From positions 166,060 through 230,059 of IMG/VR virus record IMGVR_UViG_3300023235_000008: a stretch of DNA of 64,000 nucleotides, one strand, 5' to 3'. Shown here one piece after another: positions 19,609 to 26,591 of this stretch. The first letter of the stretch is position 1. Each line of letters opens with the position of its first letter. A model generated the notes under the pieces. The model did no database searches. It saw nothing but the letters and a program-made list of their open reading frames with translations, and had not been told where the DNA came from. The position numbers and the translations under genes were made by a program.

Positions 19609-19770
19609 TACTAGGGGCAGCTTAAAGCGTAAGTCCCAGAGATTAGTTACCCCGGTGGTCCTACGGTACGTTGTTTAACCGCTTCGTTATCATGGTCTAG
19701 CGTGGTCGCTAGGGTGAAACAGGCTGGGTAGTAAAATAGTGTGGTAACTATTTGAACCCCGTCCCTAGTA
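19609..19770 (+). ncRNA. Structured ncRNA B
   Basis: Terminal stem TACTAGGG/CCCTAGTA; same 18-mer at 19628-19645; TAGTTACC/GGTAACTA stem. Confidence 0.6.
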
Positions 19771-19782
19771 GCCAAAAGTTTA

Positions 19783-19915
19783 GGATTGGTAGCTGAGAGG
19801 CACAGCGGCACCTTAATGGGTGTGTCGAAACATAAGCACGTAACAAACTCGCCGAGGACGCTCGAACGATAAGGTTACGCCTGTTACGTTGGTTCAAATC
19901 CAACCCAATCCACCA
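19783..19915 (+). tRNA. tRNA-Leu(TAA)-like RNA with ~60-nt extra arm
   Basis: GGATTGG/CCAATCC-A-CCA, intact D and T arms, irregular anticodon loop. Confidence 0.55.
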
Positions 19916-19999
19916 TTTCGCCAAGCGTATCTCGATACTGTCCGAATGCAGTACATAAGCAACGAATGTCGTTGATATTGGGACCGCTACTTTTTTTAA

Positions 20000-20075
20000 T
20001 CCCTACGGGCGAGCAAGCGAACGCACTGGTCTGTTAAACCAGCATTGCCTCGGGCGGTACGAGGGTAGGGAGCCA
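20000..20075 (+). tRNA. trnN: tRNA-Asn(GTT), non-canonical T-loop GGCGGTA
   Basis: TCCCTAC/GTAGGGA-G-CCA; CTGGT CTGTTAA ACCAG. Confidence 0.8.
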
Positions 20076-20086
20076 ATATATATTAT

Positions 20087-20190
20087 CGTGGATGTCAGAA
20101 GCGTTTAAGCTTCGGGTATATTACAACTTTCGTCCCATGGGATGGGTGCCGAAGTGATATATCTGCTGGTGTAAGCCCAGTGCCCACGCC
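20087..20190 (+). ncRNA. tRNA-like RNA with expanded anticodon arm
   Basis: CGTGGAT/GCCCACG stem, GCTGG-TGTAAGC-CCAGT T-arm, GGTATAT/ATATATC stem closing ~35 nt. Confidence 0.4.
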
Positions 20191-20450
20191 TATTTAGTGA
20201 CCGTTACAGACAGGTTTTGGCAACCTCTCATAAGCAATACTAGTAAAAGCTTTGGATGGGGAAACACCAAACGGCACTAATCCAGTTTGCGATAGCTTAA
20301 TAACTCTTGGATAAGCGCACTAAGAGTAAAGCGTCTGGTATTTCGCCAGAAGATGGTAAACGAAAGGAATAATGCATTATTCCAAGTAGTTGCGGCACTG
20401 ACCACCTCGCAAAGCCAAACTTAGGGTAGAAGCAGCATTATGCTCCCCTC
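20191..20450 (+). ncRNA. Multi-stem non-coding RNA candidate
   Basis: No ORF; TTTGCGA/TCGCAAA enclosing several hairpins. Confidence 0.4.
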
Positions 20451-20456
20451 CTTTAT

Positions 20457-20567
20457 TAGCGTGAAAAACGGAGGTATTGCAGTTCGATTCTGCTGATCTT
20501 GTTCGTAAGAAAAATAGTGGTCTGTTGTGGGTAGCACCCAGCCTATGGTTTCGAATCCTTCACGCTA
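20457..20567 (+). ncRNA. tRNA-like RNA with two T-loop arms
   Basis: TAGCGTGAA/TTCACGCTA closing stem; GCAG-TTCGATT-CTGC and GG-TTTCGAAT-CC. Confidence 0.45.
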
Positions 20568-20582
20568 TAGTAAATACCCACA

Positions 20583-20670
20583 CCAGAAGTTGGGCAGGTG
20601 GTGAGCCTCGGGGATTGTAAATCCCTCGCGTATGTATGCTTTAGAAGTTCGATTCTTCTCTTCTGGACCA
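20583..20670 (+). tRNA. trnY: tRNA-Tyr(GTA)
   Basis: CCAGAAG/CTTCTGG-A-CCA; long variable arm. Confidence 0.9.
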
Positions 20671-20698
20671 ATTTTATTTAACAGACTAATTCAAATAA

Positions 20699-20776
20699 CT
20701 TCCCATCGTCTAGTCTGGTTTAGGACGCTGCCCTTTCAAGGCGGAAACACGAGTTCAAATCTCGTTGGGAAGACCA
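20699..20776 (+). tRNA. trnE: tRNA-Glu(TTC)
   Basis: CTTCCCA/TGGGAAG-A-CCA; CT TTC AA. Confidence 0.9.
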
Positions 20777-20781
20777 ATTAA

Positions 20782-20861
20782 GGGGGCAGTGGTCTAAGTC
20801 AGGTTCAAGACGCCGGTATTCCATCATCGGAAACAGTGGTTCAAATCCACTCACCCCGCCA
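20782..20861 (+). tRNA. Degenerate tRNA-like gene with 8-nt anticodon loop (ATTCCATC)
   Basis: D, anticodon and T arms and CCA present; acceptor stem mispaired. Confidence 0.5.
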
Positions 20862-20937
20862 TATTTTGCGGAGCGTTTCCGTGTACCCGCTCCATTTTAT
20901 ATAGAGTTTCTTTGATTGTTTGTGATATAATCAAAGT

Positions 20938-21554
20938 ATGAACACATGTAAAATATGCAATACACAGTTTATCAATAAACCTAAAACAACAGGTCTATAC
21001 TGTTCAATCTCCTGTGGAAATCGCAGTAGAGGAAATAAACTAAGAGAACAAAATAAGACAATCTATGTTCCGTCATCTTGCAAACGCTGCGGTGATGACA
21101 TTCCATATGAAAAAAGACGCAACACATTTTGCTCTAGTAAATGTGCTGCTACAGGAAATACAAACAGAAGGTATCTTCATACATCATATGCAAAGAATGC
21201 AACGAGGCATACAAACCAAGACATTCGGTTTCATACTTTTGTAGCAAGGCATGTGAGATTGAGAATAGGCGAGGGGCTACTGAAAAGAAAATTAAAAAAG
21301 GGGCAGTCAGAGGTCGCCCGACATTAAAAAGATATCTTCTACGAAAGAATGGACACTGCTGTGAAATGTGCAACGGGACGGAATGGATGGGCGAACCTAT
21401 TCCACTCGAACTTGACCATATTAATGGCGATGCGGGTAACAATATGCCCGACAACTTGCGATTATTATGCCCTAACTGCCATACTATAACACCATACTCA
21501 AATGGAAAAAATAGAGGCAATGGTAGAAAATCTCGTGGTGTCCCGCTAAACTAA
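20938..21554 (+). pseudogene. HNH endonuclease with zinc-finger N-terminus, split by a frameshift near 21165-21170
   Basis: ORF 20938 (CxxC/CSxxC) joins ORF 21141 (LELDHINGD..NLRLLCPNCH) if one base is restored. Confidence 0.75.
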
Positions 21555-21558
21555 TAAA

Positions 21559-21633
21559 GCCTCGGTAGCTCAATGGTAGAGCGATGGTGTGAAGTACCAT
21601 GCGTAGGGAGTTCGATTCTCTTTCGAGGCACCA
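21559..21633 (+). tRNA. trnF: tRNA-Phe(GAA)
   Basis: GCCTCGG/TCGAGGC-A-CCA; ATGGT GTGAAGT ACCAT. Confidence 0.85.
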
Positions 21634-21655
21634 TTTCAAAACTATGTTCTTAGGT

Positions 21656-21728
21656 GTGGTCGAAGGCAAACTGGTGAGCCGACAGATTGTGGTTCTGTTG
21701 TTATTGGATTCGAGTTCCAGCGGCCACC
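21656..21728 (+). tRNA. trnH: tRNA-His(GTG), CCA not encoded
   Basis: GTGGTCG/CGGCCAC; ACAGA TTGTGGT TCTGT. Confidence 0.8.
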
Positions 21729-21743
21729 CCTAATAACATATAT

Positions 21744-21820
21744 GCATAGGTGGCGGAAATAGGTACGCACAAGATTGCAAATCTTGACAGATGCTGGTGC
21801 AAGTCCAGTCCTATGCTCCA
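21744..21820 (+). tRNA. trnC: tRNA-Cys(GCA)
   Basis: GCATAGG/CCTATGC-T-CCA (U73). Confidence 0.9.
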
Positions 21821-21869
21821 AAAATTTATCTTGTTGCCGGAACTGGTATACTTGGTATAATAATAATAA

Positions 21870-21944
21870 GGGTATGTAGCTCAAAGGAAGAGCGCCGCTC
21901 TGTCGAAGCGGAGGTTGGGATATCGTAATTCCTCATACTCGCCA
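21870..21944 (+). tRNA. trnD: tRNA-Asp(GTC)
   Basis: GGGTATG/CATACTC-G-CCA; atypical T-loop ATCGTAA. Confidence 0.85.
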
Positions 21945-21954
21945 TTTAAAGAAC

Positions 21955-22089
21955 GTGTCGTGTAGCAGCGACTAGTCGTGGACCCACCCACGATGATGAG
22001 AAGTGGTGTCGCAACCGCAAACAAAGGTCGTACCCGAAGGGTGGCTGTGAAGGCAGCAGTAGATAGATCGGTGGAGTCGCTTATGGCAT
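21955..22089 (+). ncRNA. Structured ncRNA candidate
   Basis: GTGTCGT/ATGGCAT and AGCGACT/AGTCGCT closing stems; internal hairpins. Confidence 0.5.
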
Positions 22090-22113
22090 TGATTCCGAGA
22101 TATTCCTTCTTAA

Positions 22114-22190
22114 TGCGGTGTAGCTTAGTGGCTTAAAGCATTCGGCTCATATCTGAAAGATCGTTGGTTCGAATCCAACCACCGCCACCA
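22114..22190 (+). tRNA. trnM: tRNA-Met/Ile2(CAT)
   Basis: TGCGGTG/CACCGCC-A-CCA; CT CAT AT. Confidence 0.85.
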
Positions 22191-22220
22191 TTTTTTTATA
22201 TACATTTACAGGAAATCATT

Positions 22221-22577
22221 ATGGCTAAACTAGAAAAAGAGGTTATTAAGAACGAAACCGTTTGTGACGTAGATATGACTATCTTTAGCGGATCAACCGT
22301 TGGCGAAGTAGTCGATTATTTTGGGCAATACGAAAGAAGCTTTGAACTCGATGCGTTCTGGGGATACGATGGTATTGAACAGTTACTCATCAAGGATGTC
22401 GAACTCGAAAGCGACGATGATTTTGAAAAGCGTTGCGACGAAGAAGAAAATCGTCTGGAAGAACAACGAAAAATTCGTGAATCAAATAAACGCAAAAAAG
22501 AATTAAAAGAACGTAAGGCTGTAGAAGCCGAAGAAAAGAAACTCCTCAAAGAGTTAAAGAAAAAATACGAACAATAG
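22221..22577 (+). CDS. Hypothetical protein with coiled-coil C-terminus
   Basis: AGGA RBS; stop overlaps tRNA-Gln. Confidence 0.65.
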   Translation: MAKLEKEVIKNETVCDVDMTIFSGSTVGEVVDYFGQYERSFELDAFWGYDGIEQLLIKDVELESDDDFEKRCDEEENRLEEQRKIRESNKRKKELKERKAVEAEEKKLLKELKKKYEQ

Positions 22578-22652
22578 GGGAATAGCACAGCCCGGTAGTG
22601 CGGCACGTTCTGAGCGTGATGGTCGTAGGTTCAAATCCTTCTTCCCCTGCCA
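22576..22652 (+). tRNA. trnQ: tRNA-Gln(CTG)
   Basis: AGGGGAA/TTCCCCT-G-CCA; TT CTG AG. Confidence 0.85.
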
Positions 22653-22661
22653 ACACATTAT

Positions 22662-22737
22662 AGGGCGGTAGCACAATTGGTAGTGCATTGGTTTTTGGTG
22701 CCGAAGGTTGTAGGTTCGAACCCTACCCGCCCTGCCA
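22662..22737 (+). tRNA. trnQ: tRNA-Gln(TTG)
   Basis: AGGGCGG/CCGCCCT-G-CCA; TT TTG GT. Confidence 0.9.
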
Positions 22738-22770
22738 AGATCACACAGTTGACCTTACATTATATGTTAA

Positions 22771-23091
22771 CACTTCGATCCAGCTAATGATACCAAAATA
22801 GTTTCAGGGGCAGCATTCAACTTCGGTGGCCAACGCGGTCGGGCAAGTTTTAAAATAAGCAAAGGAACGCCGAACTCATACGTGATAGTAACTGTTCCTT
22901 CATCATTCACTATTTCAAAAGGTGGCTCTACGTTAACAGTAGACCAACTAACTGTTAGTCCAACTGGTCCGATATTATTGGATAATAAAGGCAAGGGTTT
23001 ATTTTATGTTGGTGGAAGACTTACCATTCCGACCAATCAATCAGGTCAGGCAGGATTAACTGGCGACCTAACAATTTCAATAACAGAATAA
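22771..23091 (+). pseudogene. 5'-truncated DUF4402-like (pilin/spore-coat-U fold) gene fragment
   Basis: Open frame without a start: GRASFKISKGTPNSYVIVTVPSSFTISKGGSTLTVD..FYVGGRLTIPTNQSG..GDLTISITE. Confidence 0.5.
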
Positions 23092-23092
23092 T

Positions 23093-23172
23093 ACTTCCGT
23101 ATACCCTTCCGCTACGAACGGATTGAAAGGTTAGCTGGACACACGTGGGTTCAAATCCTACCGGGAGTGCCA
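23093..23172 (+). tRNA. trnR: Atypical tRNA-Arg(ACG) lacking a normal D-arm
   Basis: ACTTCCG/CGGGAGT-G-CCA; TCCG CTACGAA CGGA; D-loop-like TAGCTGGAC lies 3' of the anticodon arm. Confidence 0.65.
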
Positions 23173-23179
23173 AAACAAT

Positions 23180-23276
23180 GAGGGTGGGGTCTTTAGCTAA
23201 GACGCTGATCTGTTTAATCAGAGATAGTAGGTAAGCATCAATTCTAGAAATGATGCGAATCTTATCACCCTCGCCA
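23180..23276 (+). tRNA. trnN: tRNA-Asn(GTT) with a hairpin inserted in the T-loop
   Basis: GAGGGTG/CACCCTC-G-CCA; GCATCA-ATTCTAGAAA-TGATGC inside the T-loop. Confidence 0.6.
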
Positions 23277-23296
23277 ATTATACAAAGGAAAATATA

Positions 23297-23383
23297 ATGG
23301 AAATAGCAATCGGATCGTTATTAATCGCAGCAGTCGTGGTAATCGGACTGGCAATGTTTCTTTTCTTTAAATCATCTTTTTAA
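23297..23383 (+). CDS. 28-aa single-TM peptide
   Basis: AAGGA RBS; MEIAIGSLLIAAVVVIGLAMFLFFKSSF. Confidence 0.5.
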   Translation: MEIAIGSLLIAAVVVIGLAMFLFFKSSF

Positions 23384-23468
23384 TATACGCCGGGAATATA
23401 ATATAATGTCAAAACTAAGCTAGCCATGGAAACTTGCGCATCCATGGTAGAATTAATCGCTTACTACT

Positions 23469-23546
23469 GGATACGAGCCAACTATTGGTTTGTTGGGGCG
23501 GCCTTTTAACCCGTGTCTATTCTCGGTTCGATTCCGAGCGTATCCT
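23469..23546 (+). tRNA. trnK: tRNA-Lys(TTT), CCA not encoded
   Basis: GGATACG/CGTATCC; CT TTT AA. Confidence 0.8.
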
Positions 23547-23547
23547 C

Positions 23548-23627
23548 GTCTGTCAATATATAGTTACCTCCACGCGGTGACGGATGGAAAAGTTCGATAT
23601 AATATCGAACCTTACTAAATACTATAT
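23548..23627 (+). ncRNA. HDV-like (theta-type) self-cleaving ribozyme 3' of tRNA-Lys
   Basis: P1 GTCTGTC/GACGGAT (G1.U), P2 ATATAGT/ACTATAT, P3 ACC/GGT, L3 TCCACGC, P1.1 GG, P4 hairpin, J4/2 CTAA. Confidence 0.8.
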
Positions 23628-23631
23628 GAAA

Positions 23632-23703
23632 TACACAGTAGCTCAGAGGCAGAGCAGCAGATTGTTAATCCGTAGGTCGTGAGTTCGAGTCCCGCCGCCC
23701 CGT
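23632..23703 (+). pseudogene. tRNA-Asn(GTT) pseudogene (acceptor strands not complementary)
   Basis: D, anticodon and T arms canonical; TACACAG versus CGCCCCG. Confidence 0.6.
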
Positions 23704-23749
23704 TCTCCAGATTATGTTGTCGAGTGGGATTTTGATCCCATTTTTATAT

Positions 23750-23826
23750 AGGGATGTAGTTCAATCCGGTAGAATAGGTGGTTCCAACCCACCCGATGCG
23801 AGTTCAAATCTGCGCCGTCCCTGCCA
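23750..23826 (+). tRNA. trnW: tRNA-Trp(CCA)
   Basis: AGGGATG/CGTCCCT-G-CCA; one extra base in the T-stem. Confidence 0.85.
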
Positions 23827-24090
23827 TTCTCCAATCAGGAAATAAATATTCGAATTTCTTGATTCTTTTGCAGGTAAACGTGTTTTTGAACCTGCCAAAA
23901 ATTAATGTGGCTGACACATAGTATTCCAAAGTTGCCTAAACTCTTCTTTATTTGTAAATGCGGTATCATATGGATGATATAGAAATTCGCAGAATCGCAT
24001 CACATTGCTGTTGTATGGAATATCGAATTATATGGGTTCCGCATCTACTAGTGGTGCATAGTAATTTTTTTTGCATATTATATTTATTCA

Positions 24091-24168
24091 TCTGGGTTGG
24101 CTGATAGGAAAAGCGGCGTCTTGATAAGGCGTGTCATTACATTGGTTCGAATCCAATACCCAGAACCA
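24091..24168 (+). tRNA. trnI: tRNA-Ile(GAT)
   Basis: TCTGGGT/ACCCAGA-A-CCA. Confidence 0.9.
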
Positions 24169-24218
24169 AAATTCGGTATCGCCAACCAATAAATATACAG
24201 TTGATAAGGATTAACATA

Positions 24219-24290
24219 ATGGCTACTTACATAGGGTTAGGTATTATTGGATTAGCTTTTATATGGTTGATTCATACGATACATAAATAA
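24219..24290 (+). CDS. 23-aa single-TM peptide
   Basis: TAAGGA RBS; MATYIGLGIIGLAFIWLIHTIHK. Confidence 0.45.
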   Translation: MATYIGLGIIGLAFIWLIHTIHK

Positions 24291-24297
24291 AGAATAC

Positions 24298-24382
24298 GGA
24301 GGATACCGAGGTTGGCTCCTCAAACGGTCTTGAAAACCGTGGCACCGCAAGGTTGATAGTTCGATGCTATTATCCTCCGCCA
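24298..24382 (+). tRNA. trnS: tRNA-Ser(TGA)
   Basis: GGAGGAT/ATCCTCC-G-CCA; long variable arm. Confidence 0.9.
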
Positions 24383-24399
24383 TTAATGGAATTTGTAAA

Positions 24400-24588
24400 A
24401 TGATTTTTATACCCACTGATAATGTATACAATCGCATTGGCAATACATTCTTTACAACGATTGAAGAAGCGAAAGCGTGTGAACACAAATGCGTATGTGT
24501 ATCAAATGTAGAAGCGATTGATAGAACATTGCGATTTTACAAAAAGATGGGCAACGCAATTATTGCTTGTGATGTTAAAAAAGTTTAA
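24400..24588 (+). CDS. Hypothetical protein
   Basis: ORF after tRNA-Ser. Confidence 0.45.
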   Translation: MIFIPTDNVYNRIGNTFFTTIEEAKACEHKCVCVSNVEAIDRTLRFYKKMGNAIIACDVKKV

Positions 24589-24596
24589 AATACCTG

Positions 24597-24624
24597 TTGA
24601 CATATCCGTTGGATAGTGTATATT
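24597..24624 (+). promoter_or_regulatory. sigma70 early promoter
   Basis: TTGACA-16-TATATT. Confidence 0.65.
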
Positions 24625-24661
24625 CACATTATCAGTTGAACGCAAACAGGAGATTTTGCAA

Positions 24662-25315
24662 ATGAATATGTTTCAAAAAGCACTTGACGAAGCAGTTGTC
24701 GCACCGAAAGCCGCCAAGTCAAAAAAGCCGAGCAAGCCAGAGATTAACGTTGAAGGTATTGCAGTATTCGCAACCGTTGATGCAGTTATCAAAGGGTTGA
24801 CGGGCATTAAGTCCTCACTTGATGGCGAAATCAAAGCAGAAATCGTTGAGAATGCAGTAGCAACCCGTTCCGCAGAAAGCATTACCGGCATCGGCAATGA
24901 CGAAGATGGTGAGGCTATCGCAAGCGCAAACTTACAGTTACGCAAGCGTGTAGCAACTTCCGCACTTAGCGAAACAGAAGTAGCAATGCTTGCCGCTAAC
25001 GGTGTCAGCACACAGGAAGTCGGCGTTGATAGTCAAATCATTATCAACCCAAAATACAAGAACAACGAAAAGTTGCTGACTAAAATTAGCAAAGCACTTG
25101 AAAAAGTGGCTGGTATGCCAGAAGACTTCATTGTTGCCACACCAGAGTCGAAGAAGACTGTTACTACCGAGAACAGCATCAAAGACGCATTGGCGGTTGA
25201 AGATAAAGAAGTGGTTGCACAGTTGTTGGCAATCGTTGCCACCCCGGCAATCAAAGCAACACTGAACGATCCCGATTTGGCAAAAGCACTTGATCGCCTA
25301 AAAGACCTAATCTAA
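24662..25315 (+). CDS. Early hypothetical protein (highly-expressed codon usage)
   Basis: CAGGAG RBS; own promoter and terminator. Confidence 0.75.
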   Translation: MNMFQKALDEAVVAPKAAKSKKPSKPEINVEGIAVFATVDAVIKGLTGIKSSLDGEIKAEIVENAVATRSAESITGIGNDEDGEAIASANLQLRKRVATSALSETEVAMLAANGVSTQEVGVDSQIIINPKYKNNEKLLTKISKALEKVAGMPEDFIVATPESKKTVTTENSIKDALAVEDKEVVAQLLAIVATPAIKATLNDPDLAKALDRLKDLI

Positions 25316-25320
25316 TCCAA

Positions 25321-25348
25321 GCGGGGGTGAAAGCCCCCGTCATTTAGT
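25321..25348 (+). terminator. GC-rich hairpin terminator
   Basis: GCGGGGG-TGAAAG-CCCCCGT. Confidence 0.6.
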
Positions 25349-25350
25349 TG

Positions 25351-25379
25351 TTGACATCGTATAACATATAGTCTACTAT
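25351..25379 (+). promoter_or_regulatory. sigma70 early promoter
   Basis: TTGACA-17-TACTAT. Confidence 0.65.
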
Positions 25380-25417
25380 CTATTTGTAAGTTGATGAACA
25401 CATTAGGAGAGATTCAG

Positions 25418-25600
25418 ATGTCTACCATTTATGACCAAGCTATTCGTGAAGAAATCAAAGCCAATGCACCTTGCTGCCGCAATGGCATCAAACGATTTGG
25501 TGAAGCTAACGCAACAGGTCGTTCCGATGACATTGTATATTGCAGTTGCCCTAAAGGCGTTACAGAAGCCAATAAAATGCCAGCGTGGATGAACAAATGA
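25418..25600 (+). CDS. Small Cys-containing early protein
   Basis: AGGAG RBS. Confidence 0.6.
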   Translation: MSTIYDQAIREEIKANAPCCRNGIKRFGEANATGRSDDIVYCSCPKGVTEANKMPAWMNK

Positions 25601-25827
25601 ACGTTAGTTTCGAAACAACGATTTTGGGCGGGTTGCCGGTTTATGTTCAAGGCAATGTAGCGCCACCAGAACCTGATGTTGGCATCTTTCATTATTATGT
25701 TTATGATTATGAAATCTTCTGGGCAAGTGGTAAAAAACTGCGGAACATTCCAAACTCAATGTATGAGCGTATGACGGAAGACGAGATTGATGATCTGAAA
25801 GAAGAGATTTTAACTTGGGAACCGTAA
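25597..25827 (+). CDS. Hypothetical early protein
   Basis: ATGA overlap. Confidence 0.6.
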   Translation: MNVSFETTILGGLPVYVQGNVAPPEPDVGIFHYYVYDYEIFWASGKKLRNIPNSMYERMTEDEIDDLKEEILTWEP

Positions 25828-25834
25828 ATAGGGT

Positions 25835-25862
25835 TTGACATAATCGCAAAATCTGCTATACT
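25835..25862 (+). promoter_or_regulatory. sigma70 early promoter
   Basis: TTGACA-16-TATACT. Confidence 0.65.
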
Positions 25863-25888
25863 TCAAATATCAGAAACAGGAGATTAAA

Positions 25889-26110
25889 ATGGCTGCAATG
25901 AAAAACAAGATGATGGAAGTTCAAGACGAAGCACGTGAAGCGTTTGACAATGATACCGGTCTTGAAGCTGGTGTTCAATACAAAGGCACCATGTTTGAAG
26001 AAGTTTTTATCGATGCTTTCATTGAACGCCAAAACGAATACATCGCATACCTTGAACAGACTGCCACCATGAATGCCGCAAACGCTGGTTACGAAAATGG
26101 CGGCTGGTAA
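25889..26110 (+). CDS. Hypothetical early protein
   Basis: CAGGAG RBS. Confidence 0.7.
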   Translation: MAAMKNKMMEVQDEAREAFDNDTGLEAGVQYKGTMFEEVFIDAFIERQNEYIAYLEQTATMNAANAGYENGGW

Positions 26111-26324
26111 ATACGATATCACCTTCATCAAGGATGGCGTATCCGATGCGAACAATAACGGTGAACGATTTGATTTGTTCACCGTTCAGTTTAATGGCAA
26201 GCCCATTATGCAACGTGTTCCACATCATTTCGCTGTTTGGGCAGTTGCCGCAATGCGTGAGTTCGATCCACGGGATAATCACGATGCCTATCGCAAAGTG
26301 CAATCAGAGTGTCCATATGATTAG
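26097..26324 (+). CDS. Hypothetical protein
   Basis: Coupled ORF MAAGKYDITF. Confidence 0.55.
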   Translation: MAAGKYDITFIKDGVSDANNNGERFDLFTVQFNGKPIMQRVPHHFAVWAVAAMREFDPRDNHDAYRKVQSECPYD

Positions 26325-26577
26325 AATGATTAAACGAACGATTAAAGGCTGTGGATATGTTCCCGGATATGGAACGCATCCCGGCACCCCCATTATTTGG
26401 TATTTGACGTTCCTTGGCTTTAGTATTAATCTTGTCAACGGGACATTAATGATGGCAATCGTTAGCGCATCCTTAATGCTTATTATTTTTGGCATTCCTT
26501 ATCTATGGAGTGCGCACGAAAGAGCAGTAGATGGCGAAAAAGATTTCATCAGGGGATTGACAAAAGAATACAAGTAA
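26317..26577 (+). CDS. Membrane protein
   Basis: Hydrophobic segments. Confidence 0.55.
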   Translation: MIRMIKRTIKGCGYVPGYGTHPGTPIIWYLTFLGFSINLVNGTLMMAIVSASLMLIIFGIPYLWSAHERAVDGEKDFIRGLTKEYK

Positions 26578-26585
26578 GGTAGTAT
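26557..26585 (+). promoter_or_regulatory. sigma70 promoter (leaderless transcript)
   Basis: TTGACA-17-TAGTAT; ATG 7 nt downstream. Confidence 0.6.
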
Positions 26586-26591
26586 CTTATT

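Noticed and set aside
19398-19645. RNase P RNA or group I R element suggested by AAGTCC / CAGAGATTA
   Set aside because: No GAGGAAAGUCC context or complementary P4 partner; other conserved elements absent
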